Origin: Ptychomitrium polyphyllum
Taxonomy: Eukaryota
Reading direction: 5' to 3'
DNA length: 64,000 nt
NCBI GenBank assembly: GCA_973851085.1
Contig: OZ316776.1
Coordinates: 14,198,001 to 14,262,000, forward strand
The notes beneath the pieces were generated by a model that was not told the origin of the DNA, made no database searches, and saw only the letters and a list, made by a program, of their open reading frames with translations. The translations under genes and the position numbers were made by a program. Shown here one piece after another: positions 25,871 to 39,926 of this stretch. How positions within the stretch are numbered: the stretch's first letter is position 1; every line of letters begins with the position of its first letter.

Positions 25871-26055
25871 TAAATAAGTTCAAACTCAACACCTCTACTT
25901 TTAATGGGCTAAAGGCTTTTTTTAAATCAGTGAAGAAAGAACAACAAGTAGAATATGTTGTTTTTCTTCTTTGATAAATTTGAAATTTGTAGAAATGTGT
26001 CAAACAAGCTACAAGAAGAGCTTCTCATGAAACTTGTTGCTAAAGGAGAAGGCGT

Positions 26056-26511
26056 TGTTACAGATATAGATCATGCAACATAGTCTTTTGGAACCTGCTA
26101 AAACCTTATGATGTGTTATTATAATTTCTTAGAATATTTTCAATGTCTCCATAGCTAATTCTACCTCTTTGAAAAAATTAGAAAATTTCCTAGGAAGGCT
26201 CCAATTCCTTGGAAGTTTCTTAGGAAGGTTTTATTGGCTTAGAAAACTTCTTGGAAAGCTTCCATAGACTTCTAGAATATTCTTAAGTCTGTAGAAAACC
26301 TCTTCAAAACTATCCTAAAAGACGTAAGCGTTATAGTAGAAACAGGAGGCAAGACAAGGTAATACCTTAGTCTTGCCAACACAAGTTGTGGATCATATTG
26401 TATCATGCCTTGTTCTAATCTTTGTATCAATTCTTATTAAGCATTAGCTCTTTAAAAGTTAATTCTTGGAAAATACTTCGTCTTTGTTTCTTGTCTCTTG
26501 TATCCCTAACA
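26056..26511 (+). repeat. Family B-type LTR with upstream PPT (duplicate of 50234-50690)
   Basis: AAAGGAGAAGG then TGTTACAG...CCCTAACA; near-identical to 50234-50690. Confidence 0.85.
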
Positions 26512-26969
26512 GGTTGAGAACAAAGCTCTCTTAGTTTGTATAGTATATATTCAACCTTGTACACACATTTTTTTGATAATTTTAAAGTGCACACGTGTTG
26601 TAGCAACTCTTCTTAACAAGTAATTTGTGTGTACTATTAGCTTATGGTCAATGCTTAGTTTAATTAAGCTATTGTATTGGTTGGACATATGTTTGCTTAA
26701 AATTTTGGATACTATAAGAGTAGAGTTGGTTCTTTGCTTATTTAAAGTGTAGAATTTTGAATTCCATTACCTGTTCTAATTGATCCTTCAAAGACCAGAA
26801 GGTTGCACCATTGTCTTACAACAACTAAACAGAGCGGATAAATGTAATGAAACAAATCACAGTAGATCCCTACGGGCTGTTGCTCATAATAGGTAAGCAT
26901 GTACATCTATTTGTCTAAGGATTATCTAAAAAAATAACTGAAAAACAAACACAAACAACGTGTGCAATG

Positions 26970-29900
26970 AGTTAAGAATAAAAGAAACAAGAAGTAGAAC
27001 CGAAGTGTTTCCCAAGAATTAGCTTCCAAGGAGCTAATGATTAACAAGAACTTGATATAAAAACTAGAACAAGGCAGGATTCAAGATGATCCACAACTTG
27101 TGTTGGCAAGACTAAGGAATACCTTGTCTTGCCTCCTATTTATACTATGACGTTTGTATCTCCTAGGATACTTCTAAAGAAGCTTCCTATAAGGCTTAAG
27201 AATTTCTGGAAGTCTAGAGAACCTTCCCAAGAAGTTTCCTAAGACGTTGGAACCTTCTTTAGAAGTTTCCTAAGGTAGCGAAACCTTCTCAAGAAGTTTC
27301 TTAAAGAGGTAGATCCTTCTTAAGAAATTTCCTAAGGTCATGGAATCTTCCCATGAAGTTTTCTAAGATGATTGAATCTTTGTAGGAAGGTTCCTAAGAA
27401 GTTACTTCAAATGATGGAGCCTTCCTATGAAGTTTCCTAAGGTGATGGAATCTTCGTAGGAAGGTTCCTAAGAAGTTACCTTAAATGATAGAATCTTCCT
27501 AGGAAGTTCTCTAAGGTGGAAGAACTTTCCTAGGAAGCTTCTTAAAAACATGGAAAAGATGTGGAGACATTTAAAAGTATTCTAAGAAGCTATTATAATA
27601 TACTAGAAGGTTCTAGAATATTCTAAGGACTATGTTGCATAACCTATGTTCGTGACATCACCTCCCCATTTAACGACTTCCATAAAGAGCTCGTTTCTTG
27701 GCTTGCTTGTTACATTTCTACAAATTCCAAAATTCGTCAAAGGAGTGAAGCAACATATTTTGCTTATTGTTCTTTGTCCACTGATTCAACTGGTCCTTGC
27801 AAGAAACGCTGATGACCATCAGCCAAGACTTTTGTTGTTGAAATGTCCCATTCCAAGATCTGATCTTGATTAAGTCCTTCAAAACATCCTCCAAACAAGA
27901 TGTTGGGTCCTCCAGGAGTGACTCTTCCAATTTCTAACAAGATGACTAGAGCGCAAGCATCTAAATCAAGACTGGAATGTGAAGGGCAACTAGCCAATAC
28001 TTTTGTATGAGGTCGTACTTGACATTGGAACATCCTTCGTGTATCTTGGCTTAGATCCTCCGTTATCGAAGGCTGAAAAAGTTGAGTTGGCTCAACAAAT
28101 GCTGTTGTTGATGAAGGCATGGCCGACTGCACTTCACGCATATCAGTGATAACACGAAGATTTGACATCCTAGCTAGGATCTAGAAATGATTTATCTTGG
28201 AAATAATGTTGCATACAAATAGAGGTTTCGGATACCTCTCCCCTCTTCTTATACTTGGCTATGAAGGAAAAACTTCTTTGTGAAGCTAACGGCTGCTGAT
28301 GACACATCATCACAGACCTGGTTTCTGAAGATATCTTTGATGAAATTCGCGTACATTCTTGGATGCATTTGTTACATTTGTTGAAGGTTCCCATGTTTGG
28401 TCATTGATGCCATATTCTTGCCAATGTATAAAATACTCCACACGTCCATTCTTCATGCGTGGATCTAAGATCTCTTCCATTCATATTCAATCTCATTATT
28501 GATTTTCAGCGGAGGAGGCGGAGGAACAACTCTCTCTGGTATACATGATTTGTTACAGGCTTCCAACAACAATATGTGGAATACTGGATGAATTTGCATG
28601 CTTGGTGGTAGCTTTAGGCAATAACTAACCGGATTTATCTGTTTGCTGATTTCAAACGGTCGCAACCGTTGATAGTCCAACTTCTTTGATGGTCTTTTTG
28701 TCTGTATATTTTGTCGTAGGAGCCATACGCTATCTCCAACCTTGAAATTTGGATGGTCCTTTTGATGGCAATCTGCATAAGTTTTGTAACGATCTTAAGC
28801 TTGTTGTAACTGGAAGGTAATTTCTTGATGGATTTTAGCAAGTTGAATTGCAAAATCCTTTGCAGTAGCACTTCCAACATGCTTCACTTGAAATGGATTT
28901 GTTCGATGATGATGGCCATATTGTGCAAAGAACGGACTTTGAATTGTTGAAAAATGCACCATATTGTTGTAAGCAAATTCTGCCAAGGGCAAGAGATCCA
29001 TCCAGCTGTCTTGCTGGTAGTTTATGCTACAACAAAGGTACCGCTCCAAAATTTGATTTACACGTTCGGTTTGGCCATCAGTTTGTGGATGGTGTGTTGA
29101 AGAAAGGTTGATCTTTACACGCAACAGCTGGAATAGAGCCCTCCAAAAGTTGGAAATGAACTGCGGGCCTCGATCGGATACAATATCATTTGGTAGTCCA
29201 TGTATGCGGTAGACGTGATTTAAGAACAACTTGGCAGTTTCTTCTCCCGTTACCGTCTTGTTGCATGGAATGAAATGTGCCATTTTGGTAAATCGATCCA
29301 CCACTACCAAAATAGAATCCTTAGAATCAGAGTTTGAAAGGTCCGTGATAAAATCCATTGACAAAGACAACCATGGGCCCTTTGGCACTGGAAGCGGATG
29401 GAAGAGACCATGAGGTTGGTATCTTGGTACCTTGGCTCTTGCACAAGTGTCGCATGATCGAACAAAGTCCTTTACGTACTTCCACATTTGTGGCCACCAA
29501 TAGTCTCTTGCAATCAACTCCATTGTTTTATTGAATCCAAAATGTCCTATTGCTGGAAAATCATGACGTGCTTGAAGGATCTTCAACCGCAAAGGGCCTG
29601 GAGGTAGGTACAAAAGTCCTTTATACTAAAATAGGCCCTCTTGGAATTCAAAGTCTTCATCGCTATTTGAAGGATCTCCATTGTCTTTGAAGCGCTTTCT
29701 TATATTTGAAACAAAGATATCATTCTTCAAAGCCTTCCAAATTTCATCAAGATGGAATGTTGTCGTAATAGTTGTTTCTTTTAATTGGAGATTCTTTGGC
29801 TTCAATAAAATAGTCCTTTGTTGATCCAAAACATCATCTCCAGATTGAAGAGCTAAATAAGATCTTCGAGATAAGGCATCTGGCTCACCTTATAGGCTAT

Positions 29901-32900
29901 CAGGTCAATAGGTAATGACAAAGTCAAATCTGGAAAGCGGCATACTCCACATTGCTTGACGGCGATTCAAAACATGCACATTCATGAAAAATTCAAAGTT
30001 CTTGTGGTTTATATATATTATGGTGGTATGTTGAGTTCTTTCCAATAAGTGTCGCCATTCTTCAAACGCATCTACAATTGCAAGTAGTTGTTTATCATAG
30101 ATATCATAGTTGATTTCTATTGCTGAGAACTTTTTTGAACAAAAGGCAAGAGGGTGAAGTCTACCGTCGTCATCATATTATGAGAATATTGAGCCAAGCG
30201 CAAAATCTGAAGCATTCGCTTCCAAATACAAAGGCTTTGATGGATTTGGATGAATAAGGATTGGAGCCAACATGAATGACTTTTTAAGACTTTGAAATGT
30301 TTTTTCCGCCTTTTCATTTCAAATGAATTTTTGCTTCCTTGTAAGACGTGTTAATAGTGCCGCAATCTTGGAGTAATCCTTGATGAATATCCTGTAGAAG
30401 TTTGCAAATTCCAAGAAGCATTGAACATCTTGAATTGATCTTGGCATACTCCACTCCATGACAATACTTATTTTTATTTTATCCATATGGATTCCTCCTT
30501 TGAAAATGATGTAGCATAAAAAATTCAACCAAGGATTCATGGAATAGGCACTTTTCCAATTTGGCATATAATCCTCGCTGGCATAGTTTTCCTAAGACCA
30601 GTCGCACATGACGTTCGTGGTCTTGTTCATCCTTTGAATGTATCAAAATGTCATCCAAGTAGATGACTATAAAATTGTCCAAATGTTCATGGAAGATATC
30701 ATTCATCATATGTTGGAAGACCGCGGGGGCATTTGTAAGGCCAAAAGGCATGACATTGTATTCAAAATGACCATACCAAGATCGAAAAGCTGGCTTCCAT
30801 TCGTCTCCTTCTTTGATGTGTACAAGATCGTAGGCTCCTCTAAGATCAATTTTGGTGAATATCTTTGCTTGGCCAAGTTGTTGTAGGAGTCCAAAGATTA
30901 ATGGTAATGGATAGCGATTCTTTTTTGTTACTTTGTTGAGGCCTCGATAGTCCACGCACATACGTAATGATCCATCTTTCTTCTTTACAAATAGAATGGG
31001 TGCTCCAACAGGTGATTTAGAGTGTTGAATGAAACCCTTTCCAAGGTTTTCATCAATATATTCTCTCAAGGCAGTCAACTCGGTATGTGATATGCTATAA
31101 ATAGGTCCAAAAGGTGGTTGCAACTCAATGGTATAATTGTAAGGCCGGTGCTTTGGTAACATGTCTGCATTCTTCTTCTAAAAAACGTCTTTATAATCTT
31201 GATATTGATGAGGTTTATTTTTATTAGACTCCATTGTTGAGCTGTACATTGGCGTGGCATAAATGGCATAGATTGGTTCATCCTTTGCCGCTCTCATGAA
31301 TGCCTTAGCTCCAATAAATGATGGTCCAAGATTTCTCGTATCTTGACGTCTTTTCCTTGAGACCACACTTCGTGAGCGCCAGTTAATGTCTAGATTATGT
31401 AATTCAAACCAAGGAAGGCCCAAAACAATAGGATTCATTCGGCATTGAATGATGTTGAAGACAATCTTAGATGCCTGGTCTCCTAAAACAACCTCCAAGA
31501 GTTGAGTTTCTTTAATAACGTTGCCAGACGCAAGAGATCGTCCATCAATAACTTCAACAGGTGCGGGGTATTTTTTCTTCACAAGCACCATGTGATGTTT
31601 GGTTGGAAAATCCTTATCCATAAAACATGCCATTGCACCAGTGTCTAAGTGAGCGTCACTAATTATTTCATCATCTAACAATTCTATTTTGATAGGAAAT
31701 GTAAAACAAGAAGTAGGATTTGCCTCGTTTTTCAACTCCACCATTGTGCTTTGAGCCTTAAACGCAGATCCTTTAATTTGACAATTGTGCACTTTATGTC
31801 CAGACTTGCCACAATACAAGTATAGGTTTTCTCTTCAACGCCTTTCTTTTTCTTCTGGAGTCAAACGTCTTAACAAGGCAACATCAATTTGCATAGGTTC
31901 TGGTCCTTGTGGTCAGCTTTCCAATATTCTTGACGAAGTGGTAGACATGCTTTGATGTACTGGTCGCCATCCCAAGCGTTGTTCTTGGCGCCTCTCAAAT
32001 AATCTATTGTTGCATACTATTGCTTGAGTGATGAATTCGTCCAATGTTTCAACTGTTTACATTGTGAGTAGCAAGTCCTACACATTCTCTCTTAAGCCCC
32101 ATCGGAATTGTGTGACCAAGGCCTTATCATTCCAATCAAGGTCGCAAGCTAATTGTCGAAACTCTGCAGCATATGTAGCAGCTGAGCGCTGTCCTTGTTG
32201 GAGACTCTGGATCCTTGTTTCAGCCACCCTCTCTCGATCAGTGTCTCCAAAAGCAGATGTCAATGCTTCTATAAAAGCACCTAAGTTGTTCAATAATGGT
32301 GACTACTTCTCCATTAGGGGTGCAAACCACGTTAGTACATTGTTTGATAAAAGAGTGGCCACAAATCCCACTTGAGTTGTGCCATCAGGATAGTGAGATT
32401 GATGCAAACTAAGGAAGAGCCTTACTTGTTAAACAAAGCCTTTTAATTTTGATCTTGATCCATCGAACTTGTCCGGCATGCAAATCTTTGGCTCTGCATG
32501 GGTTTGACGTAAGCCTTCTCTTCCAATATTGGCTTCTCGCAATCAAACAACCTCTTGATATAAGCTTTGAATATCACCATTGGATACTTCAACTTACTGA
32601 GTGTGTTGCTCCAAATTGTTGATGGTGTTGAAGCGGGCGAGTTCTATTTGAACTGTATTTAATAACTCTTGAAGGTCTGCAATAGTTGCAAACCTATTCT
32701 CTGATGTTCCAGGCACGTTATCCATTTTTTAAGACTCTCAAAGACAGAAAGATAATGAGTACCTTCAAAGGAGGGCAGTGCACATCCTTTGAAAGAACTA
32801 GTACCTAATTCTAGAAGAAGAAACCAATTCTATGGTGCCAGCTTAGAAGAGGGTAATCCGCAACCTCCAAGACGGTATGGAATCCTAAAGAAGATGGATA

Positions 32901-33606
32901 ATCCACAATCTTCTTCAAAGAACCTTAGCTCTGACAAAGATGAAGAGTAGTCTTGCCAAACTATTAAAGACACAAGAAACAAGAAGCAGAAACGATGTGT
33001 TTCCCAAGAATTAGCTTCCAAAGAGCTAATGATTAACAAGAACTTGATACAAAGACTAGAACAAGGCAGGATTCAAAATGATCCACAACTTGTGTTGGCA
33101 AGACTAAAGAATACCTTGTCTTGCTTCCTATTTATACTATGACGGTTGTATCTCCTAGGATATTTCTAAAGAAGCTTCCTACAAGGCTTAAGAATGTTCT
33201 GGAAGTCTAGAGAACCTTCCGAAGAAGTTTCCTAAGATGTTGGAACCTTCCTAAAAAGCTTCCAAGGAGTTGGAACCTTTGTTGGAAGTTTCTTAAGGTA
33301 GTGGAACCTTTTTAGAAAGTTTCTTAAAAAGATGGAACCTTCCTTGGAAGTTTCTTAAGGTGGTTAATCATTCTTAGGAAATTTCGTGAGATGATTGAAT
33401 CTTCGTTGGAAGTTTTTTAAGATGTTACCCTAAATGATGGAAGCTTCTTAAGAAGTTTTCTAAGGTGGAGGAACTTTCCTAGCAAGCTTCGTGAGAATAT
33501 GGATAGGCTATGGAGACATTTAAAAGTATTCTAAGAAGCTATTACAATATACTAGAAGGTTTTAGAATGTTCTAAGGATTATTATGCATGATTTATGTCT
33601 GTGACA
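26970..33606 (-). mobile_element. Family B copy 2, structurally full length (3' LTR ~26970-27657, PPT ~27658-27668, 5' LTR 32962-33606), defective
   Basis: Same ORF set as copy 1 at offset +22228; PPT TGGGGAGGTGA on the minus strand; both LTRs present; no clean TSD. Confidence 0.93.
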
Positions 33607-34620
33607 CATGGTTGCGTTTTGTATATAGTTATATGACTAAGCAAATGAAATCTTAAAGTTTCATTTAAAAGACTCAAATATCATGTTATTGCTACCTATT
33701 TACATGTAACGATTTAAAAAAGATCAACCTTCTAAAAAGATTACAAGAGCTATGTAAAGCTATTTGAAGGCTTTTAAATATTTTTAGAAGGTACTAAAGT
33801 TTGTCGAAGCTACCTAAGCCTTCTAGCCATTATAGTTATAAAATGGCATGTTTACAACTTGTATATACAAAAGAAATAATATTAGATTTAGTTCTTAAAA
33901 TAATATCAAATTCCACTATTCATTCATTATTGATTCATTTAATAATGGAAAAGCTCAATAGAAGATATTTCCATATAATTTTAATGTAATGCCATGTATT
34001 AAATTTTTATGATTCATCTTTAGTGTTGCTAAGTATTCTTGGCATAATTTATACAATTGCAACGATGTTTATAAGAAAGATTTTAAATCTTCAAGATTGT
34101 TGAAATCTAAGTATTCATACCATTCCCGTTGAGAGTTCTCCAGTGTAAAGAAAATCTTCCAAAAGAATCATGAGTAGTAGAAAATTTTAAGAGCTTTGGC
34201 TATTGAAAACTTGTCACACACTGTTTCCTTGAAACAAAAATTCTCAACGTTGGTGAGGAATCATTCACAACCTTTCCTTTCTTATACTTCTCTTTTGAAC
34301 CAACATCATCATTGATCCTTGAAAGCAAAACAGCCACTAAGTTGGGTGCCTCAACAGATCATTTCAGCCTACTACTGTAGGTGGGTAATTATTAGTTTGT
34401 CCAAACAGCACTACTTCTTGAAACCTAAAACGTCTTGGTCCATCCGCAAGGTTTTGGATTCTTCTTTTCAGTGCATTATGGGTGAAGTTGATTATTCCTA
34501 AGCTGCAATTGTAAGTGACGACTGAAGTTGTTTGCTAAGAAGTTCAAGGAGTGAGTTCGTGGACCCGTATCGGTTTACTTCTCATTTGTGATTGTTTGGT
34601 TTAGTTGAAGGTGCAGCAAG

Positions 34621-35055
34621 ATGGCAGGGAGGGCAGGAGGTACGCCCGTGATGGAGGAAGAGGACGCGAGCGAGCTGAGACTGGGGCACGACTTCGTAAA
34701 CGCCAAGTGCCTGATGAACGCGGAAGTGGCGATCGTGCTGCAGCGCAAGTACGAGCAGCTGCAGCAGCTTGCGGACGACCCCGCGGCGCAAGTCTCGCAA
34801 GTGTTCGAGAAGTCGCTGCAGTACGTGAAGCGCGTCAGCCGTTACCAGAATCCGGACGCTGTGAAGCAGGTGCGGGAGGTTCTCACCCGCAACAAGCTGC
34901 ACGAGTTCGAGCTCTGCGCCATCGGCAACCTATGCCCCGACACCATGGAGGAGGCCAAGGCGCTCGTCCCGTCCATTACGAAACGCGGCCGCATGGACGA
35001 CGACTCCATTGAAACCATGCTCACCGATCTTGCCACCATCAAGAAGTTCGAATAA
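34621..35055 (+). CDS. RPB4: DNA-directed RNA polymerase subunit 4 (RPB4 family), 144 aa, intronless CDS
   Basis: EEEDASELRLG.DF..AKCLMNAEV, VFEKSLQYVKR, LHEFELCAIGNLCPDTMEEAKALVPSI; probable 5'-UTR intron with donor GTAAGT at 34511. Confidence 0.93.
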   Translation: MAGRAGGTPVMEEEDASELRLGHDFVNAKCLMNAEVAIVLQRKYEQLQQLADDPAAQVSQVFEKSLQYVKRVSRYQNPDAVKQVREVLTRNKLHEFELCAIGNLCPDTMEEAKALVPSITKRGRMDDDSIETMLTDLATIKKFE

Positions 35056-38000
35056 CTACACCACCGACTCACCCTTCCCGTGGTGGGGCACACAACTTCT
35101 ACAATTATAGCAAGACCGTCCTATTCTTGGGTTCCTCTTCTTTCTGGGAGCAAACAGCTCCGAATTGCCGTATTCCTTTTGAAACTTTTGGGTTTCTACA
35201 GATCGATGAGACTGTGGCTATGTCGACATGATGAGGATGTTTAGAGACATGTGGGGCTGATCACAAGCATTTGACAACCTCCAACTCCAGTTCTTCAAGT
35301 GGTGTAGTGTACCTTGCTAAGTTTGTACAGAGGAGTATACCTGTATGAACAAAAGTGCAAACTTTTGGCTTGGCCTGATATCAATCTTATGCGCATTTTT
35401 ACTATTCGGCAGGTTGAGTGGGGTTAGGCTGTTTCCATCGAGTCCAGTTGATGTCGATGATGTCTTTCTCTTTGTTTGTGTAATGAAGGGATGTAGTGAA
35501 GTGCTTTTTGGTTAGGGTTTGCAGAGGAAGGGGCTTGCTTAATGAGGGACATCTACTTTGTGGCAGAGATCATGTATTGAGTTCAGTTTTTGTTTGTATA
35601 GAAATAAGTATCGAGTAAGACTTAGGGTTTTGGAAGGACGACTCGTATGAGCAATTTTCTATAACACTGGCATGTTGTGCAGGATCTTTTACTATGGAGA
35701 ATCTTTCCCAGGCTTGGTCTTGTGCTATCTCGCAACTCATGTCTTCTAAGTCTGGAAATAGGTGGTTGTTTTCTATAGCATGTTCATGTTTGTTCATCCA
35801 CAATAGTTTAAAGTCCCACCACTCGGCTTAAAGAAGCAAAAGCTAAGAATAAAGGGCCAAAGGAGCTACCATTGTATTCGTGAACAAATGATTTCTTTGT
35901 GTCACAGTCAAGTTATTGTAATGAATTAAATCGCGTTTATTTTTTGCTTCAATTTTTAAATACTGAGTTTCATATACTGAATACTTTATTGCATTTGTAA
36001 AATCTATGTGTATAAGTAAAATTAGATTAGTGTGTGCACTAAGATTATTTAAAGCCTTTTGTAATGGATATATTTTTTATTACCAGGTATAGTACATGAA
36101 GAAGATTATGAAGAGGCACTCTACAATGGGGTATGTACAATGGGGTATGTGTTCTTTGTTGGAGTAGGAGCCATCTCTTGGAATTGTAAGGAATTGCAAG
36201 AGTGAACCAGGAATTGCAAGAGTGAACCAAAGTAAGCTACAATTCTGCAGTTCTTTTGCTATTCCAGATAAACAGTGTCATTTCTCTGTTTAAAAATTTA
36301 ATAGAACTAGAAAACAAACAACCTACATATGTATGGTGAAATGAACCATTTCTAAAATTAGTATGATTTTCATTAATAATTGATGAATTTCATCCAAATT
36401 CCTATTATGATGTTATAAATACTATTTCTTCAAATTTCACCTAAAAAATACATGTTTTATTTTGAGTTGTAAATAAAATACTACTTATAAATGAAGTAGC
36501 AAAAATAAATGACCATTTTTAACCAATTTAATTTTTATAATTTTTGTTGCAAAAACTTAGTTTAGGCCATGAAAATGATTGATTTGTATTTAATCTCAAC
36601 AAATAAAATAAATCCACTAAGTGTAATCTCTATTTCATTTTGAAAAATCTAAAGAATTCCTGAAATTTCTAAAATTATAGCAATTATAAGATTTACATCT
36701 CCAACCATAATATAATGACTTTCATTTACATTGATGTTATTTCAACATACAATGATGTTTTCAACTAGAGTTTGTACAATTAAAATTTTTGGAGAATTTA
36801 ATATAATTAATAATTAAAAATGTTAATTTTGCATTCTAATTTCAGAACCATATCAATTCCAATAATTTTCCAAAAAATTTGAATTTTTTAAGATCGAAAT
36901 TTGTATACATGCATTGATTTTTTTAGACAATTATCATATTTATTTTTATATTGAGCTTTTTTCTTCAAACTTTCATTAAAATCCAGGTCTTGTAAAACTA
37001 TTGAATTTTGTACTGTTCATATTTTTTATGGTCATAAGGAATTAATCTTAAAAAAATATGTTATCTTCAATTAATTCATTTAAAAATATTATTCATGACA
37101 TTATTGTAATTAAATTAAAAATTTTACTATCGAATTTAGACAAATTAAACTAATTATTTTCAAACATTGTAGTTGTTTTATAAAATTAAAAAAAATAAAA
37201 TTTGGACTTTTAAAATTCTTTAATTGATTTCTTCATCATTTGTTCATGTTGTTTTTTCTTTCAAATTTTCACTTTTTATGCACACTATATCTAAATGTAT
37301 TATGTCTACAATATTTTTAATCTTTTTTTAAATATTTCTTTTATCAAAACATTATTGAAATAATTTTTTTTTAAATTTTTAGTAATTTTCAAAAAAATTA
37401 TAATTCCAATTCTTTTTCTATACTTCAGCTTATTTACATGGTTCTTTAATCTTTTTTGTACATTGAAAAGAAGAATAGTTTTAATTATTTAACATTCACA
37501 AAATAAATCATCTTTTCAAATAATGTTTATAATATTAAAATTCTTCTTTTTTGGATTTCAAAATACATTTGAAGATTCACAACTTTGTTATTTTTTTTCA
37601 GCTAATAATATAATTTTATTTGATTTATTGAATTGTATCATTCATTTTGTAAAGTTGACAGCACAATTCTTTTTTAATTTGTTGAAAATTACATATCATA
37701 GTTTCATAAATTTGATACTTGAAATAATAATAATTTTTTAAATTACTTGCATTTTCAAATCAATATTATTCAATTATATCATGTTTTGTTCAAAATAATA
37801 CTGAAGCAAAATAAAATGATATTTTTCTAAAATATTAGAATCTTAATTAAAGTTGTTCATATACATATTTTAATTTCACCTTTGTAGTTAAATTGCAAGT
37901 TTAGATGCAAGTAAATTTGATTTTATTTAAAAGAATGTAACCAAACTTTGATTGTCTGTCTCTATCCAAGTCCAATTAAACAATATCAAGGTAGTTTAAA

Positions 38001-38614
38001 TCCAAATGGATTTAGACTAATCAATGGCCTAACTAAGGTGGTGTTGTGGTAAAAGAGCCTTATTTTGAAAAAAGACTAGGCCTTTGGCTACCACTAATCA
38101 CTCAATAATACAACAAGATGGTATAATTCAGAGTTTTGTATTTATAAACCTTAACAAATTAAGATATTACGATAGATGAACAATCCTTATATAAAACCAC
38201 ATCTTTTTTTAAATATTCACTTTCCTTTCTTCACTACACAATTTAAACTAATCATTTCATTAATTAAATTTTTTTTTAAGATTTTTCTTTTGTTCTTCTC
38301 CTTAACGTTTTTTCCTTAATACAAAAAAAAATATAAATTCTCAACAAAATTCTTGGAAAAAAAACTAGAAAAAAATGACTCTTCCTAAAATTCCACCATC
38401 TCTCAACTTAAATTCAAGATAGCCTCGTTTCTTTCCTAAAGAGTTTTGAAAATACTATTATAGCTGGCATTCCCTAGTTGTTCTTGTTGTGGTTTTTTAT
38501 TCACATCATGCTTGCAGTTAATTACTTCCTCTAAAAGCTTTAATTACACTGCTGGTTTGTTTTGTGCTCTAATATCCTTATTAAATCCTTTCTTAGCCTC
38601 TTCTCTGCAGCAAA

Positions 38615-39154
38615 TGTTAATAACACAAGAAATAAGAAGCAGAGACAAAGTATTTCCAAAGAATTAGCTTCCAAAGAGCTAATAATTAAAAAGATTTGAT
38701 ACAAAGTCTAGAACAAGAACATGCTACAATATAATCCACAATTTGTGCTAGCAAAACTAAGGTATACCTTGTCTTGGCCCTATTTATACTATGACGCTTG
38801 TATCTCCTAGGATACTTCTAAAAAAGCTTCCTACAAGGTTTAAGGATATTTTAGAAGTTTATAGAACCTTCCATTGGAAGTTTTCCAAAATGATGAAACC
38901 TTTATAAGAAGCTTCCAAGGAATTGGAACCTTCTCTGGAAGTTTTCTAAGGTGGTAGAATGTTCTTAGGAAGTTTTTCAAAGAGGTAGAACCTTCCTAGG
39001 AAGCCTCTTGAAGTGGTGGAACCTTTTTAAGAAGTTTTCTAAGGAAGTGGAAATGGCTATGGAGACAATGAAAGTATTCTAAGAAGCTATTATAATATAC
39101 CAAAAGGTTTTAGAAGGTTTTGAAGATTAGGTTGAATGATCTATGTCCACAACA
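38615..39154 (-). repeat. Family B solo LTR with 5-bp TSD GCAAA
   Basis: TGTT...AACA termini; GCAAA at 38610-38614 and 39155-39159; homologous to family B LTRs. Confidence 0.92.
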
Positions 39155-39852
39155 GCAAACATATATCCATTTCCTAATTAAATTTGTAAATTTGTAAATT
39201 TTATAATACAACAGTGGTCACTGGCTCAAGTTTACTTGTTTGGATTTATTTAGAGAAGAAAACCAAGTCATAATAACAAAATGGGCTTAGACATTCTTTA
39301 GATGTTGTATTTGAAAAGGGATTCAAACGCCCAAACATCTTTTTAGATATAAAAGCCTTGGGACATTCAAAAATAATTAACGTAGTATTTTAAATCCTTA
39401 CTAAAATGCTTATCTATTACAATTGTATTCTATACATTTGCTAAAAGACAATGGAATTAAATTCTTTTCTAAAAAGCTATAGATTATTGTAGCAAAAATA
39501 AGCAATTTATAAAAGCTATAACTTTGCATTTCTATAAAACAATTTTATTACAAGATCTATTTAATAATCCTACTTAATTGCTACAAAGAATATAATATAA
39601 GAGATTATTTTAGTAATGCACGTAACTACGGATGTTGACTACACAATGCAGTTACAGAAGGCATATTTAAAATAATGCAATATAATATTATTAATTTAGA
39701 CCATCGCTTAATTAATAGGGGAAAAAAAATTAAAATTAAAAATTTATGTATATATATATTTTTTTTATTTTTATTTTATTTTTATTTTAAATTTTTTTTG
39801 TTTTTTCTTTGTAAAAATGCAGCTTATATTACTCGTAGTGCTTAAAAAAATT

Positions 39853-39926
39853 ATGCTTGTAGCTCAATTGAATAGAATACCAAAGTACGGATTTAAAAGT
39901 TGAGAGTTTGAATCTTTTCAAGCATG
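39853..39926 (+). tRNA. trnR-ACG: Decayed tRNA-Arg(ACG) pseudogene, probably of mitochondrial origin (NUMT)
   Basis: 74 nt; acceptor stem ATGCTTG/CAAGCAT, D-arm TAGCTCAATTG, anticodon loop with ACG, T-loop GTTTGAATC; lesions in D, anticodon and T arms. Confidence 0.75.

Noticed and set aside
34582..35093. Overlapping alternative-frame and antisense ORFs over RPB4
   Set aside because: Expected shadows of a GC3-rich CDS
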